Positions 51,050 to 63,850 of a stretch of DNA of 64,000 nucleotides are shown here, piece by piece. This stretch comes from Aplysia californica (Eukaryota): assembly GCF_000002075.1 (NCBI RefSeq), contig NW_004797365.1, positions 834,900 to 898,899 on the forward strand, read 5' to 3'. The translations under genes and the position numbers were made by a program. A model generated the notes under the pieces. The model saw nothing but the letters and a program-made list of their open reading frames with translations. It searched no databases and was not told where the DNA came from. Numbering within the stretch: position 1 is the stretch's first letter; every line of letters begins with the position of its first letter.

Positions 51050-51305
51050 GGCCACTCACTAATACAAGCAATTAGGAAGAGACAAATACAGTTTCAAGGA
51101 GATTTTAACAGACAAAGGCCTTGAACATCTTGCTTTCACTGGTAAAATAGAAGGAAAACAAAAGGCAGGGGTAAGCCAAGAACAACTCGCAGAGAAAGCT
51201 TGTGTGGGTACCTGATGGGGAAATACAAGGAGAATAGGTGTTCTTTTGTGCATCTAAACAGAGCAATAAGTGGCAAACCATGACTGTTGATGTCTGTTTT
51301 AGATC
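51050..51305 (+). mobile_element. RTE 3' end fragment
   Basis: GLEHLAFTGKIEGK peptide; similar to 40250-40520. Confidence 0.6.
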
Positions 51306-51359
51306 TTGAACCAGTAGATTTAATTAGATCTAATTATGAATCTGGAATTTCTTTTAAAG

Positions 51360-51550
51360 CACCGGTGACAAATGGCGCGTAAGGAGGAAGATGTTGACCC
51401 CAACATTTCACTTCAACATCCTGAACGACTTTCTGTATGTGTTCAACAAGCAGTCAGAGGTGCTCACGAAAAAGCTGGACGTCAAAATGAAGCAAGGCTC
51501 ATTTAACCTGTTCCAAGATGTTGCGCTGTGTGCTTTGGATATCATTTGTG
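51360..51550 (+). CDS. CYP4V: CYP4V-like exon 4
   Basis: 191 nt; [21 protein letters not shown] (WxxxR C-helix)..ALDIIC; AAG and GTGAGT boundaries. Confidence 0.96.
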
Positions 51551-51936
51551 GTGAGTGCAGCAATTTCTTCATACAGATTTATTTGTTTGATTTGACCTTG
51601 AGAATGTAACTTATATTATTTATATAAAAGACACATCTTAGAGTCACCCAAAGGAAGTGTGATGTATGATACATATATATACAAAGATATATATCTACAA
51701 AGAAAATCAGGTGGCATCAGTGACGGAACTTTACAATTTTAAGGATTATACACATTTGTCTTCTATACTTTGGTCTTTGCTGTTCTTTTTTTGTCTGTAG
51801 AGACTGTTATATATTAATAAGAGATGAGAGGGGAAAAGGAAGGGGTTGGGAGGTGTAAATGAGTCCTTCTTGTGTTGATGGAGGAAAGCTAATGTTGGGA
51901 AAATTAATTTTCTGACCTTATTGAGATGAGGTCAGA

Positions 51937-51975
<39 letters not shown>

Positions 51976-53631
51976 NNNNNNNNNNNNNNNNNNNNNNNNN
52001 NNNNNNNNNNNNNNNNNNNNNNNNNNNNNNNNNNNNNNNNNNNNNNNNNNNNNNNNNNNNNNNNNNNNNNNNNNNNNNNNNNNNNNNNNNNNNNNNNNNN
52101 NNNNNNNNNNNNNNNNNNNNNNNNNNNNNNNNNNNNNNNNNNNNNNNNNNNNNNNNNNNNNNNNNNNNNNNNNNNNNNNNNNNNNNNNNNNNNNNNNNNN
52201 NNNNNNNNNNNNNNNNNNNNNNNNNNNNNNNNNNNNNNNNNNNNNNNNNNNNNNNNNNNNNNNNNNNNNNNNNNNNNNNNNNNNNNNNNNNNNNNNNNNN
52301 NNNNNNNNNNNNNNNNNNNNNNNNNNNNNNNNNNNNNNNNNNNNNNNNNNNNNNNNNNNNNNNNNNNNNNNNNNNNNNNNNNNNNNNNNTCTTTTTCTCT
52401 GTCNNNNNNNNNNNNNNNNNNNNNNNNNNNNNNNNNNNNNNNNNNNNNNNNNNNNNNNNNNNNNNNNNNNNNNNNNNNNNNNNNNNNNNNNNNNNNNNNN
52501 NNNNNNNNNNNNNNNNNNNNNNNNNNNNNNNNNNNNNNNNNNNNNNNNNNNNNNNNNNNNNNNNNNNNNNNNNNNNNNNNNNNNNNNNNNNNNNNNNNNN
52601 NNNNNNNNNNNCACACTCGAACCTCCCAGACTTTTACAGCTATTGTTATATTTTGTTGTGTTTCAAGATAATACAGTTATGGGTTTTGTTAAGACACCAT
52701 TATCTGCGCTGCGCTGCTCTGCTCAACTCGTTTAACGTTAATATCTCTGGGTCACAAAAAAGTAGGCCTACAAATACAAAGACATTCCTTTATGTTTTTT
52801 TCTTCTTGTCAACATTGAGACCCCCATATCATGCATAAAAAAGTCATTAGTGTTTGACTGGTATTTACTGTCAAGCATTATTATCTACGAGTATATTGGT
52901 CCATTCCCCTTTTCATTACTAATTCACAGGTGTTTAGTCAAAATATTCCATGTTCCGATAGTTTTATTCTTTTAGACAAAAGATCTTGCCTTTAGATTAG
53001 TAAAATAGTGTCAGTGTTCTAAATGAAGACTGCTCCAAGTATAAAGCTCCAATTTCATATATCCAAAAGGGGATCGTAATGGAGCTATTGTCAAAATAGA
53101 GACATGTTTATTATGAAATGGTTAAATTATTTAATGGTTAAAGGTACCTGCCACATGAAATTACTCATGATATGGAGTAACAGTTCACAGGGTCTTCATT
53201 CTGAGAATACTCTACTTCAAAAGTCTGACAGTCAACATCCGAAGGCTTTTGCTTTTGGGTTGAAACCCAGGAAATCAAATGAAAGAAAAAGGAGTTATTG
53301 TCAAACTGTCCTGAAACTTGGGGTGGAGTGGCTTAATGTTTACCAGACATTATTTTTTTAACATGAATAATTGTATTTTGGCCTACTGAGAGGGTGAGGG
53401 GACTCCCCGTGGCTGTTCTTTTGGTTTAGATCAGCATTCTCTTGCAGAATCCTTGTTAGAGTGGTGTACATTGTCGGCTAAAGACACAGCCTAGAGTCGT
53501 ACAGGAGGTGGGATTCAGATACAAAGGTATATCTTTATAGTAAAAAAAACTGACATATCAGTAATGGATCCAAGATGTTAAGAATGATATCTGGTCGTCT
53601 TTTCTACTTTTCTGTTCTTCTTTGTCTGCAG

Positions 53632-53698
53632 AGACCGCTATGGGCAAGACCATTGATGCTCAGCAAAGTGATTCTGAGTATGTCCACGCTGTTTACAG
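53632..53698 (+). CDS. CYP4V: CYP4V-like exon 5
   Basis: 67 nt; ETAMGKTIDAQQSDSEYVHAVYR; strong polypyrimidine-CAG acceptor and GTCAGT donor. Confidence 0.95.
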
Positions 53699-53741
53699 GT
53701 CAGTTTTCTCGATCTGCTCAAAGATTAAGGCGGACTGCTTA

Positions 53742-54709
53742 TACCGGGTATCTAAAAAAAGGAACCCATTTATAGGGAAATGACGTGGTCATCTTTCGAC
53801 CAATTGCAACAAAACCTTGAACTTCAACCAGGGGACATCACATTCATCAATATGAAGAAAATCAATTTATTTGTTTGAAAAATGTCAGATTTTAAACATT
53901 TCTAATAAAATTGAGTAAAATACAAAACTGCTATTTAAAAAAAAAAACATATTGTGGATAAACATTTGTGGATTGAAGATCACATTTATATATATAAGAT
54001 TGGAATTGCCGAAAATACTCAGGAATGGTGGTGGCTATTTGAAGTATATGCTCCAAGTATTGACCATTTCTGTCCCGAGAAGGTCCGATACATAATTGGA
54101 AATTTTGAATTACATTGTAGCATGTTTCTGGTCGATTGTTTGGACCTCCTGTTTAACACTGATTTTCAACTGTTTGATTGTTTGTGGGTTGTTTCTGTAA
54201 AGGTTGTCAAAAAAGTCCTTAAGGAAATTATCAAGGGGCTTCAAGTTGGGCAAATGTGATGACCATTCGCTTGTGAGCTTTTGGCTTATAAGGTGTTCTC
54301 CAAACCATGCCACAGTCACTCATGATGCTTTGGGTGTGGTCCCATCCCACAAGAACCAGGCCTCCTCAACAGCATAACACCATCTCCTCCCTTAACTTCT
54401 CCTAAACTTTCTCAGTACGGTGAGATATCCATCTGATGTTACAGTCATGCTTGTCCCATCCTCGTCCTGAAACCAGAGTGAACTGATCAAGCCCCTGTAG
54501 CTGAATGCTTTTAAGAAGTAAAGTTTTGTGCTTTATCCAATTTTGGTTGAAATATTTACAAATTGATATTTTTCGAACGTGGTTGATTTTCATCATATTG
54601 TGCTGATGTCTCCTTGGTTGAATTTTATTTGTTCGAAGTTTTGTTGATATTGGTGCAAAGATGACAGAGTTATTGCCCGCTAAATGGGTCCTTTTTTTTA
54701 CTTCCTGTA
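53742..54709 (-). mobile_element. Decayed Tc1/mariner-superfamily element
   Basis: Imperfect TIRs (AAAAAAAGGA(A)CCCATTTA); minus-strand peptide WFGEHLIS..W....PNLKPLD..LYRNNPQTIKQLK resembles a transposase C-terminus. Confidence 0.75.
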
Positions 54710-55225
54710 CCTTATACACATTTTGCTTAGAATGTAATTGATTTTTTTCAAGTCTTTTAATGCTTCCTTATGGTATATTCACCTATGTTCTGATTTCATG
54801 ACAGAATCTGCTGAAGTCATACCAGGATGATCAATTATATCGTTCAAAAAATGGAAATGTTGAAACCTTTTTTTCTCTGTTGCAGAGAAAATGAGACAAC
54901 CATTTTTGTTTTCAGTGTCAGCAAATTCCATCTGTCTGCATCCTTTCATTATATGTCTACCTCTTTTTTCATCTGCATGTCCATCTGTGTATCAACCGAT
55001 ATGTCTGTCTGTGTCTGAATATTGCAATGATTGTAAAGGTCAAATACTGTGCATAAAAATGAGAACCGAAGTAGAATGTCAAAAATAGAAGAAAGAAGAT
55101 AACAAGGATGTAAGACAGTCGTAGGACCTTTTATATGTGGACTTGTGCTGTTGCTTGATTGATGCAGTACTGTTCCTCCTCTAAAAGTGACCCCAAAATA
55201 CTCTGGATCAGACCATAATGTGCAC

Positions 55226-56510
55226 TACACAAGGTGCATACAGAAAGTAAGCCCTCTTTTCAGACCATTCTTGCACATCATCAGATTTCCCCCAATTGCA
55301 TACCATGGTGAGTTCAACCATCCTTTTTGAAAGAACTGTGAAATAATTATTTCACTGGAATGCTGGAGTAAGGATAGCAGACAAGACGTCAAAAAGTAGA
55401 GCCTGCGTTTTAACTATTTCTTCCACAATTTGGCTTGTTTTGTGTGCTCTCAAGGTAGCTTCTGCCAACATGCAGGAAAATATAGAAAATGCTAGCAAGT
55501 GTGAGATTCAATCAGTGATTTGTGTCATGAATGCACAGAGCTTAAAATGCAGTAAGATACACCGTCATCAGATAACAGTATGGCAAAAATGTGATGAGTG
55601 AGGGTATGATAAGGAAATGGAATGACAGACAAAATGTCCGTTTGAACAAACAAACCCAGTAGTGAACACCAATCTTCAGGAAATGAGAAAGTAGAAAACA
55701 AAATCAATGAAGAGATTTATTAGGACAGACACTTTATATTCTCTTCCTGTTCCCTCTGTTTTCCTGAAATTTCAAGGAGTCTTCTGCATGAAATTGTTAA
55801 GGACCATTTAGCATATATCGAAAGTTGTGTGCTCCCTGGGTTCCCAAGATGTTCGTACAAACAGCAAAGATTAACGATAAACATGTGCTTCTACTATTCT
55901 AGCACGATATTACACTGAAGGAGATACACTTCCGAGCCACATTCTCATAAGGGATAAAACTTAAATACGTCATGTCACACCTGAGTCAAAGGAGCAGTCG
56001 AAACAGTGAGAAGCATACAGATTTGCCTGTACTGGAAAATGATTCTAATAAACTATTTGAAAGAAGAAAATCATGAGCGCAGTGTTCTGAGACAGGCTGG
56101 AATTCAATTAATTGATGGATTTCTTGCCAAATAGAGCAACAGTTATTTTTTATGTTTACAATATCCCTCAGAAATTGCACACAGCAAGTCAAAACAAAAG
56201 ATATGGGGTGTTGAGCTCTGATGTTGTTTTGCTTCATGACAGCACCTCTGTTCAGACTCAGATATGAAAATTCAGATGGGAACTGTTGAAGCAATCATCT
56301 TACTGCCCTGAATTGGCACCAATTGACTATTTATTGTTTTTGCTTCTGAAGCAGTTTTTAGGTGGTCAGCAGTTTGACTCAGAGGACAAGTTGCAAGAAG
56401 AATTGAAATTCTAGTTGGCTCACTGGTTGCAACTTTTTATGAAGAGTTTGTTAAGAAACTTGCTTCGGGCAATGAAAAATGTGTGAATAACTGAGGCAAT
56501 TGTGTCAAAA
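55226..56510 (+). mobile_element. Decayed mariner transposase
   Basis: CEIQSVI..YGKNVMSEGMIRKW, RKLCAPWVPKM (WVPHEL-like) and YCPELAPIDY at 56301-56330 (YSPDLAPSDY-like); many stops. Confidence 0.88.
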
Positions 56511-57600
56511 TATAGAAGAAGAAGAAGAATAAATAGCATACATTTGTACAGCGCATACCTCCGCTCGACAGCAAGCTTTATGCTCTTTACACTGTATTAA
56601 TAAAGTCTGGCAGATATCGTGAAATGTATAATTTGGGGGTAAGTGATTACTATTATTCTCTTCATTCGAAACAGATCTTATTCTGGGTACCCCTTGTCTG
56701 TTCATAATTTTAGTATTTGTGTCACGTACACTCCAGCAAGGGACTTTTCCTATCAGTTGGACTGGTACTTGACTCTGCTTCAGCACTGGACGTGGTTTTA
56801 TCTAAAGATAACCAAGGGTGAACAATTGTACCGGGTGAAATATGATGTCAACAAAAGCCTGATTTTGTATACAATTCAGTTGAACTAAATCAGGGTTCAT
56901 AACCCCAAGGGTAAAAAGATTAATTTTAGCACGGTGGAAAGTTCCCATATAATATCTCAATTTGTCTCATCCTTTATCACAATAGTAAAGGTGATGCGAT
57001 GACCCACCCTACAAAGTTACAGTTATATATATAAACAGTCGTACAATGTTGAGCCTTGAACCATGCACTTTGTTGTCTACGTATCATTGGTCCAAGCTGG
57101 TGGCGTTATGTGAACATTCTTCTTCCTTTTATCAACTTGCCATCTGATCACTGGCTTTCCTCTACCTGTCCAATTCTTGGTTGCCACCAACTATCCTTGT
57201 CGATTTATCTGTCTTTGTATTTTGATGCCGCATTGTTTTTCATTTGTTTTAATATGAATTGGGTTTTTTTAGTTTTCTTTAAAGCTTTTATTTTTGTATT
57301 ATGTTTTAGGGCATTTTATGTTTTACAGGTATAAGTACCTTGGTTACACCTTCTCTGATACCTGTACTCCTCTATTATTTCTTATTTTGCTGTATAGTAC
57401 ATTTTGCCTTTCTTAGTAGGTAAGCAAACACTCTTGGTCCTTGGTTTTGTATAGACCTATGGCATAGTAGGCATGACTAAGATGGCTAATGCAAGTCACA
57501 AAACTTGGGAAAGGATCGATAATCTGTTTTCTGTTGGGTCAACTTGTATCTTTTTAGATGTTAGATATAATAATATGTCTTAGCTGGTATGTATTTTTAG

Positions 57601-57752
57601 TCGGCGTCCGTGGTGTAGTGGTTAAGCGCTTCTCAGTCAGATCATTTATTTTTCTGTCTTTCTACTAGTGACGTTGTATTCTTGTCAGCCCAGACTGTCC
57701 TGACAGGCAGGATCTAAAAAGTTGTGTTGACAGGGGCGTAATAACACTTACA
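57601..57752 (+). mobile_element. Second SINE family, internally deleted copy
   Basis: A box TGGTGTAGTGG at the 5' end; body shared with 48405-48565. Confidence 0.55.
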
Positions 57753-58964
57753 TTATTGAAAAGAAAATTTCTTTTTTCTTGAGGCCTGGTCTTAAACTCC
57801 TCTTCTTTGGGTAACAGTCAACAACCGTCTTTTTCCAAGTTGTAAAGCTGACGGGCACTTTGTGACCTTGGGAAGAAAATTTGCACTAAAAACTATGGTT
57901 GTAAATGAGAGCAACTCTATAGTTAGCCATTTTAACTGTAATGATAGGAACAATCTTTAGACATTCTCACTCCTATCCTCTCACGAGGTCAACTCTGCTC
58001 ATTCCTTAGGATCCTAGTCTTCGCTTGTGGCGGGTTGGCGGGTGCTCTGGTGTGATTTGTCCTTCATTGCTATCAAATATCTATTGTCCTTATCTCTCCA
58101 CCTTCTTTTTTGTGTTGGTTACTCTCTTGTAATACTTCTAATCTTTGGCACTCATATAACTTAATTTTGTTGCAAGCTCTGTTAAACTCTATAACTAAAA
58201 CAAAAATGTTTAGTCTTCCTCTAGACACTGCAGTATTCATAATAAGCTGGACCTCCAACTTTCACCAAATGGCTTGTTATAGCTTATTGGCTCTTCACTA
58301 GGCTGTTCCCAATTCTTCTGAAATATCTAGTAGAGATCATCAGTTGTCCTTCCAGACATAGGTAAAATGGTGTGGGCTGAAATTAACTCTTTTGGTGTCA
58401 TGTTGGACTGCTACGCGGGTTACCGTTGTTCTCATTTTCTAATTCTGTAGTAGACATCCTTGCAGTATGGTTTATTGGAGATATTTGATGGCTCTCCACC
58501 CATCTGGCTCAATCTCACTGGAAAAGGACATTAGGTTTGATAGTCAGGACTCTTAAAGAATCTTGGGATGTGGTTTTTCTCTTTCTACTTTTCCTCTACA
58601 TTTCTTATGAGGTGAAATGTAGCAGGTAACGTTATAAATCATAAAATTCAAATCGCTACTTTAGAATTACAAAGATTTTACTGATGTATTTGGCTGTTGA
58701 GTTACTAGGGAGTTTCAAGTTGACCATAAGGTTCTATCTGCTCTATCAGCATTGTAACATTATTTGGATTCATGATGAAGTGTTCAAAGAATTGCATTAA
58801 AACAAAAGCTTAACCTGTGGTTAAACTAAAAAAAAATTTTATCCAAATTTCTCAAAACTAGGTACCGTACTAAGCGGATAGAATTTTGTAATTCTAGGAT
58901 AGCGAATTGATACAGTCAAAGTTGGAGAATTATTTCACTCTGCGGTTCATTCAAACAATTTCAG

Positions 58965-59091
58965 AATGAGCACTCTGATAGATGGGCGGATGAGGAAGCC
59001 CTGGTTCTGGTCTGACCTGCTGTACAGCATCATCGGACATGGGAGAGAACATGCGGACAAGCTGAAAATCCTCCACGACTTCACCAACTCT
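58965..59091 (+). CDS. CYP4V: CYP4V-like exon 6
   Basis: 127 nt; MSTLIDGRMRKPWFWSDLLY..LKILHDFTNS; CAG and GTAAGT boundaries. Not in the ORF track. Confidence 0.95.
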
Positions 59092-59636
59092 GTAAGTTGT
59101 CTCTACTCTCATGTTGAGGTTTTAAGATTTGTGCTGAGTTAACGAGTTCCATTATATCAGTTGAGACTCCTGGAATAGATGAAAATATCACATTGTTATT
59201 ATTACAGCAACTGACTCCAAAGTCTTCAAAGAGTGAAGGGGAGCAGGGTGGGATGAAAGTGAGTGCTTGAAATCTAGCATATCCGAGTGTTTTGAAAGGT
59301 GGCAGTTTTTCTAACTTAATTCCGCATATTCTGGACATATGCTTCTCTCAGTGTAGTCACTGAAACTTTCTTCCCAAATCATAAGGATAAATTGGGAGGA
59401 ATGTTCATAGCTCTTGTTTTTGCCCTGTTTTAACAAACAAAATTCATGATGGAGACTTTTCTATGGCAACAATTAAGTAAGTGTAGTGGCACTTACTGAA
59501 TTTCTTCTTCTCTCACATGATATAGGATCCTACTCTATGTTACAACATTGTGATTAAGGAAAGATTTTGACCCTCTGGTGCCCCACAATAACAACTTAGA
59601 ATTGTTGCCATTTTCTGTGTCTTTGATTCAACAAAT

Positions 59637-60070
59637 ATGTGTCACGACTTTGTGGAATCAGGTGCTCGTCAATTTCTGGACATACGGAGTTATTGGCTTT
59701 ATCTTAAAGCATATATGTTAATTTGTCTTGGTTTTGATTCAATAAAGAACTATTTTCCTTGAATAGAAGTCTAGATATTTGTGATTGAAGGAGGTGGGGA
59801 TGGCTTAGTGTCAGAGGTAAAATTTGTGAGAAAATGGTTGCCAAAGTTTGGTGACTTCCAAAGCTGAATGTCCTTGAAAAATGCAAATTTACATTTTATA
59901 TGCCTTTGGTCAACATTTGTTAGTTACTGGCTCACAAATGTGTTTTTTAATGAATATAAAAAATGTTGGGCAAAAAACAGAAATGTTGAGAAAAATTGCC
60001 TAATGGACAGAAAAATGACAGTGTCTTCAATTTCATTAATTTGACAAATGCCTGATTTCATCACGATGCT
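59637..60070 (-). mobile_element. ~440 bp TIR element, copy 6
   Basis: Reverse complement of the family; ends about 28 bp upstream of CYP exon 7. Confidence 0.8.
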
Positions 60071-60098
60071 TTAACAAATGTTTTTGTTCACATATCAG

Positions 60099-60296
60099 GT
60101 CATTGCTGATCGCTTGAAAGATTTTGACCAGAAACAAGCTGAACTTGTGAGGAAGGAATTGACTGGAGAAGCTGTGGAGCCTGGACACAAAAAGGTGCGG
60201 CTAGCCTTTTTGGACATGCTGTTGTACATGTCGGAGAACTTGACCAAGTTAGACATTCAAGACATACGGGAAGAAGTGGATACTTTCATGTTTGAG
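60099..60296 (+). CDS. CYP4V: CYP4V-like exon 7
   Basis: 198 nt; RLAFLDMLL..DIREEVDTFMFE (CYP4 I-helix signature); CAG and GTGAGC boundaries. Confidence 0.97.
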
Positions 60297-61629
60297 GTGA
60301 GCAGGGTTTTTTGTTTTTTTCATTTTTTCAACTAGCATTTATATGTTTTTCTCAGTCCAGTGGGTAAGGTATTTGCGGGGAAATTCATCCTGGATTCATG
60401 CTAAAGACGGTAAGGCACTAAAGTCCAGTCTTGAACTCTGTGCTGTCAATATTCATCACTATTTGAACAATCTCTTTAAATAAAAAAAACATGCCGAAAT
60501 AAAGCAGACTCAACTGTGAGCGAGTGATTGGCAGCTGCTCCGGTGTCGTTTGCTCCTTCTTTCCTGTCAAACATCTATCATCCCTGTCTCCCCTCTTTCT
60601 GTTTTTTTGCGTTTGTTACTCTCTAGTGACTCCTCTAATCTTCAGAATTTACGAAGGTTCTCGTATATGACCTGATTAATGTATGTTGCAAGTATGGTAA
60701 AATGCTTACTACAACATTTTTTTAAAAAAGACTTCACTGTATATATTATGTACGTATATGTGTTTGTGTATACAGTGGTCTTTGCATCCTGTTAGTCCTG
60801 ATTTTGTGAACTTGGAAATGGGAATGCTCACACAGTGTGAGTCCTCAAGAAAAGGAATTGAATGAGTACTTACTTTACTTTGTTCACTTTATCTCTGCCT
60901 TCTACACCATGAGGTGTCATGGGGAGGTAAAGACATCGGGTCTTTGCAAACTGAGAAAAGCCTCCTGGGGCAGAAAGTTGCAACTTTACCTTTTCCTTGA
61001 TCTTCCTCCCTCTCTGCTGCCAGGGACTTTTGTGTATGTCATTGGATTTTAGGGCAAGTTGATTGATAGAAGTATGAGTGTAATGTCAAAACCATTTGAT
61101 TCTTTGCTTTTCAATATGTGGTTGGACTGGTACGATACCCACTATTTCTTTAATGGCTGAGTTATGGTCTTCAATCAAACAAAAGCAGGCACAATTTTTG
61201 TCTGAAGCTACACTTGAAATTAGTNNNNNNNNNNNNNNNNNNNNNNNNNNNNNNNNNNNNNNNNNNNNNNNNNNNNNNNNNNNNNNNNNNNNNNNNNNNN
61301 NNNNNNNNNNNNNNNNNNNNNNNNNNNNNNNNNNNNNNNNNNNNNNNNNNNNNNNNNNNNNNNNNNNNTATTTGGCTTCTAAGCACATTTGTTTGGTATG
61401 AGTTTATAAAGTTTGTGTGTTCAGCTGTGTGGAAGCACATCAATATTGTAATCTAAAATTTAAATCAAAGTCCAGCAATTGAAAAATGTCTATAGCAGCA
61501 ATAAAATGATGATGCATCTAATGTTATATTACATTTGTCCACTCTACTTTTCTTTCATATTTAATTTAAATGAGAGTAGTATATAATTTAAATTTCTATG
61601 TATACCTGCATGTGTTTTTACGGTCCTGT

Positions 61630-61693
61630 ACAGCCAAGAAAAATTTCCCTCTGGGGCAATAAAGTATGATCTTATCTTATCTTATCTTATCTT
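61630..61693 (+). mobile_element. LINE 3' tail remnant (CR1/Rex-Babar-like) with (TCTTA)n
   Basis: AATTTCCCTCTGGGGCAATAAAGT followed by a pentamer repeat. Confidence 0.5.
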
Positions 61694-61798
61694 AAAATCC
61701 CGTTGTATTTCAGAGTTCGTGTTAATGTCTTTTGGTATGCAGTGAAGCTGATGTTCTATACAGTGACCAAATTTGATTTGTTATTTATAAATATCTAG

Positions 61799-61901
61799 GG
61801 TCATGATACAACGGCAGCAGCTATGAATTGGGCTACACACCTTATCGGAGCCAACCCAGAAGTGCAGGCCAAAGTGCATGAGGAGTTGGACAGAGTATTT
61901 G
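61799..61901 (+). CDS. CYP4V: CYP4V-like exon 8; gene continues beyond the window
   Basis: 103 nt; [34 protein letters not shown] completes EEVDTFMFEGHDTT; TAG and GTATGT boundaries. The ExxR and heme-Cys exons are not in the window. Confidence 0.96.
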
Positions 61902-62341
61902 GTATGTTACTTTTCGTATTTTGATTCTTTTTGTAGGTTCTTATTAGTCAACCGTTATGACACCCTTATCTTCTGTTTTCTGTTATCCGTCTTTGAAAGT
62001 TCTTTTTTCTGGCGCTCAAACCCTGGAGGATTTAACTGTAGCTTTCACTTCCAGTAGTGCTCACAGGCGCTCGTCAAACAAAGCGAAATTTAAGAAACAG
62101 GCATTTTTCCGCAAGTTTGGCTATTTTTATTGAATTTTTGTTTTTTGACTGAACACTTTTTATGTCCATATAAAGATACATTTCCGTTTACCGAAAAAAG
62201 CCTTGAGTAAAGGCACAAAATATATACATTTTTAGTTTCCGAGTACTCTCAAGCTATTGCAGTTACCAAACTGTGGCAGAAATTTTCTCGCTAGTTTCAC
62301 CTCTAAAACCAGCCAACCCCACCTCCTTCAATCGCAAATAT

Positions 62342-63702
62342 GGGGGCTCTCTCGTGGCTTAGGGGTTAAGGTGTTTGCCTCTCATTCAAAGGTCCCGGGT
62401 TCAAATCCAGGTAGCGACCGAAAAATTTTTTTCTCTAAAATTGTCTCCTTTCACCTCCTTTCCTGCTCTCTAGCAATGTTCTATCGTCTGCTTTTGTCTC
62501 CACTTTCTGCCCCCACCCCCTCACCTCTTTGGCCCCCTCCTTTAGGCTCCTGACTCTTTCTGCAGCTTTTCTACTGCTACTCCTTGGCTCCTTCTTACTG
62601 CTGTCTTTCAGCCACACGACTGATCTTCTGGTAGGAAAAATCAACAAAATCTCAGAGGTCCCGTGTGTAAGTTGCGCATGTTAACTCTTGTCCTGCGTCT
62701 GTGCCGAGATGCAAATTTTATCAGCAACCAATTACGTCGGACGTGCCGGGCAGGCCGCCGGGGTCACTCAGTGTGTACTGTTAGTGTACAGCGCGCGCAC
62801 CGAGAAACGTGTGTTTTCGCCATGAATACCGCGGGAGTGTGTTAATCAATGATGAAAATAACGCTCTATCTTTCATAGCTTTCTGTTTATAAAGTGTTAC
62901 AAACACATGAATAACCCCCTCTCACAAGCTGATAAGACATTATGAGTAGTTACGCCCATTCAAATAACCTTTCTGGACGCTCTTGTTGTTATGAATGACC
63001 TGAGGTTCGAAAGGGGATAATATAGGTCAATTTCCGAATGTTTTACACTCAAATTGTTCTTTGTACCTGCACAATGGTATTCAAAACTATCAAACAAGCT
63101 TATTTTTTATCAGGTAGTACCATTTGATACAAAATCAAGCTCGTTTGAAAGGTTTTGTATAGAAAAATGGAAGTCTTGTTTCCTGACTATCCTTTCGAGC
63201 TCCTCATGGCTAAGTGGGTCAATTTCTTCTATAATTTCATTGGACGAACATCTAGAGCTACCAACTTGGCATGTTTTGAATGAGACGTATGCCTCGATTA
63301 CGAACCAACACAGGCAGTTCTAGAAGAAGGCTACAAATGCACACAAACTCAAGCAGACTGATGCACACACACTTGACTTGCGTGAATGGAGATCCAACTC
63401 GTGACCCGAGTGACACGTAAGATGATGCACGCTGCGTGCGCGCTGAGCCAGGGGCTACACTGATTCGGGACTAGAACATATGCGAGGTGCCGAAATACGC
63501 TTATCGGGCTACATAAACCCAGCTCCCGCAGGACGAGGGTTAGAGATCCCTTTGTGGTCTAAAATCAATAAGGGTAGGCTTCAGACGCCACCCGGGGAAA
63601 TTCAAAATTTCCTACCAACTGAAAATGTTTAATGTGTCCTGCGCGCTCAGATGACCTTATGCAGTTACGAGCACAGTAATATACTCCCCCCCCCCCCCCC
63701 CC
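62342..63702 (+). mobile_element. tRNA-derived SINE, interrupted by a piggyBac-like element
   Basis: Head at 62342 and tail at 63540-63685; flanking duplication CAATC(G/A)CAAATAT. Confidence 0.85.
62685..63539. mobile_element. piggyBac-like non-autonomous element
   Basis: TTAA|CTCTTGTCCTGCG at the left end and CGCAGGACGAGGG|TTAG at the right end; SINE sequence resumes exactly after it. Confidence 0.8.
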
Positions 63703-63850
63703 AATCACAAATATCTCGATTTCTTTTTAAGGTACATGAGTAACTTTTTCAACCAAAGCAAAGCAAATGAACAGGCTTTAAAATGACACCAATAACTCAA
63801 TATATTCCAAAATTAACGAGCACCTGATTCCACGGAGTTGTGTTACATGT

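Larger units (their letters stand above)
62063..63847 (+). mobile_element. ~440 bp TIR element copy 7, split into 62063-62341 and 63703-63847 by nested insertions
   Basis: Both halves align to the family. Confidence 0.75.

Noticed and set aside
57760-58570. Possible additional LINE fragments (also 16540-16790, 20997-21323, 28300-28580)
   Set aside because: Only vague similarity; I could not read a diagnostic motif with confidence.
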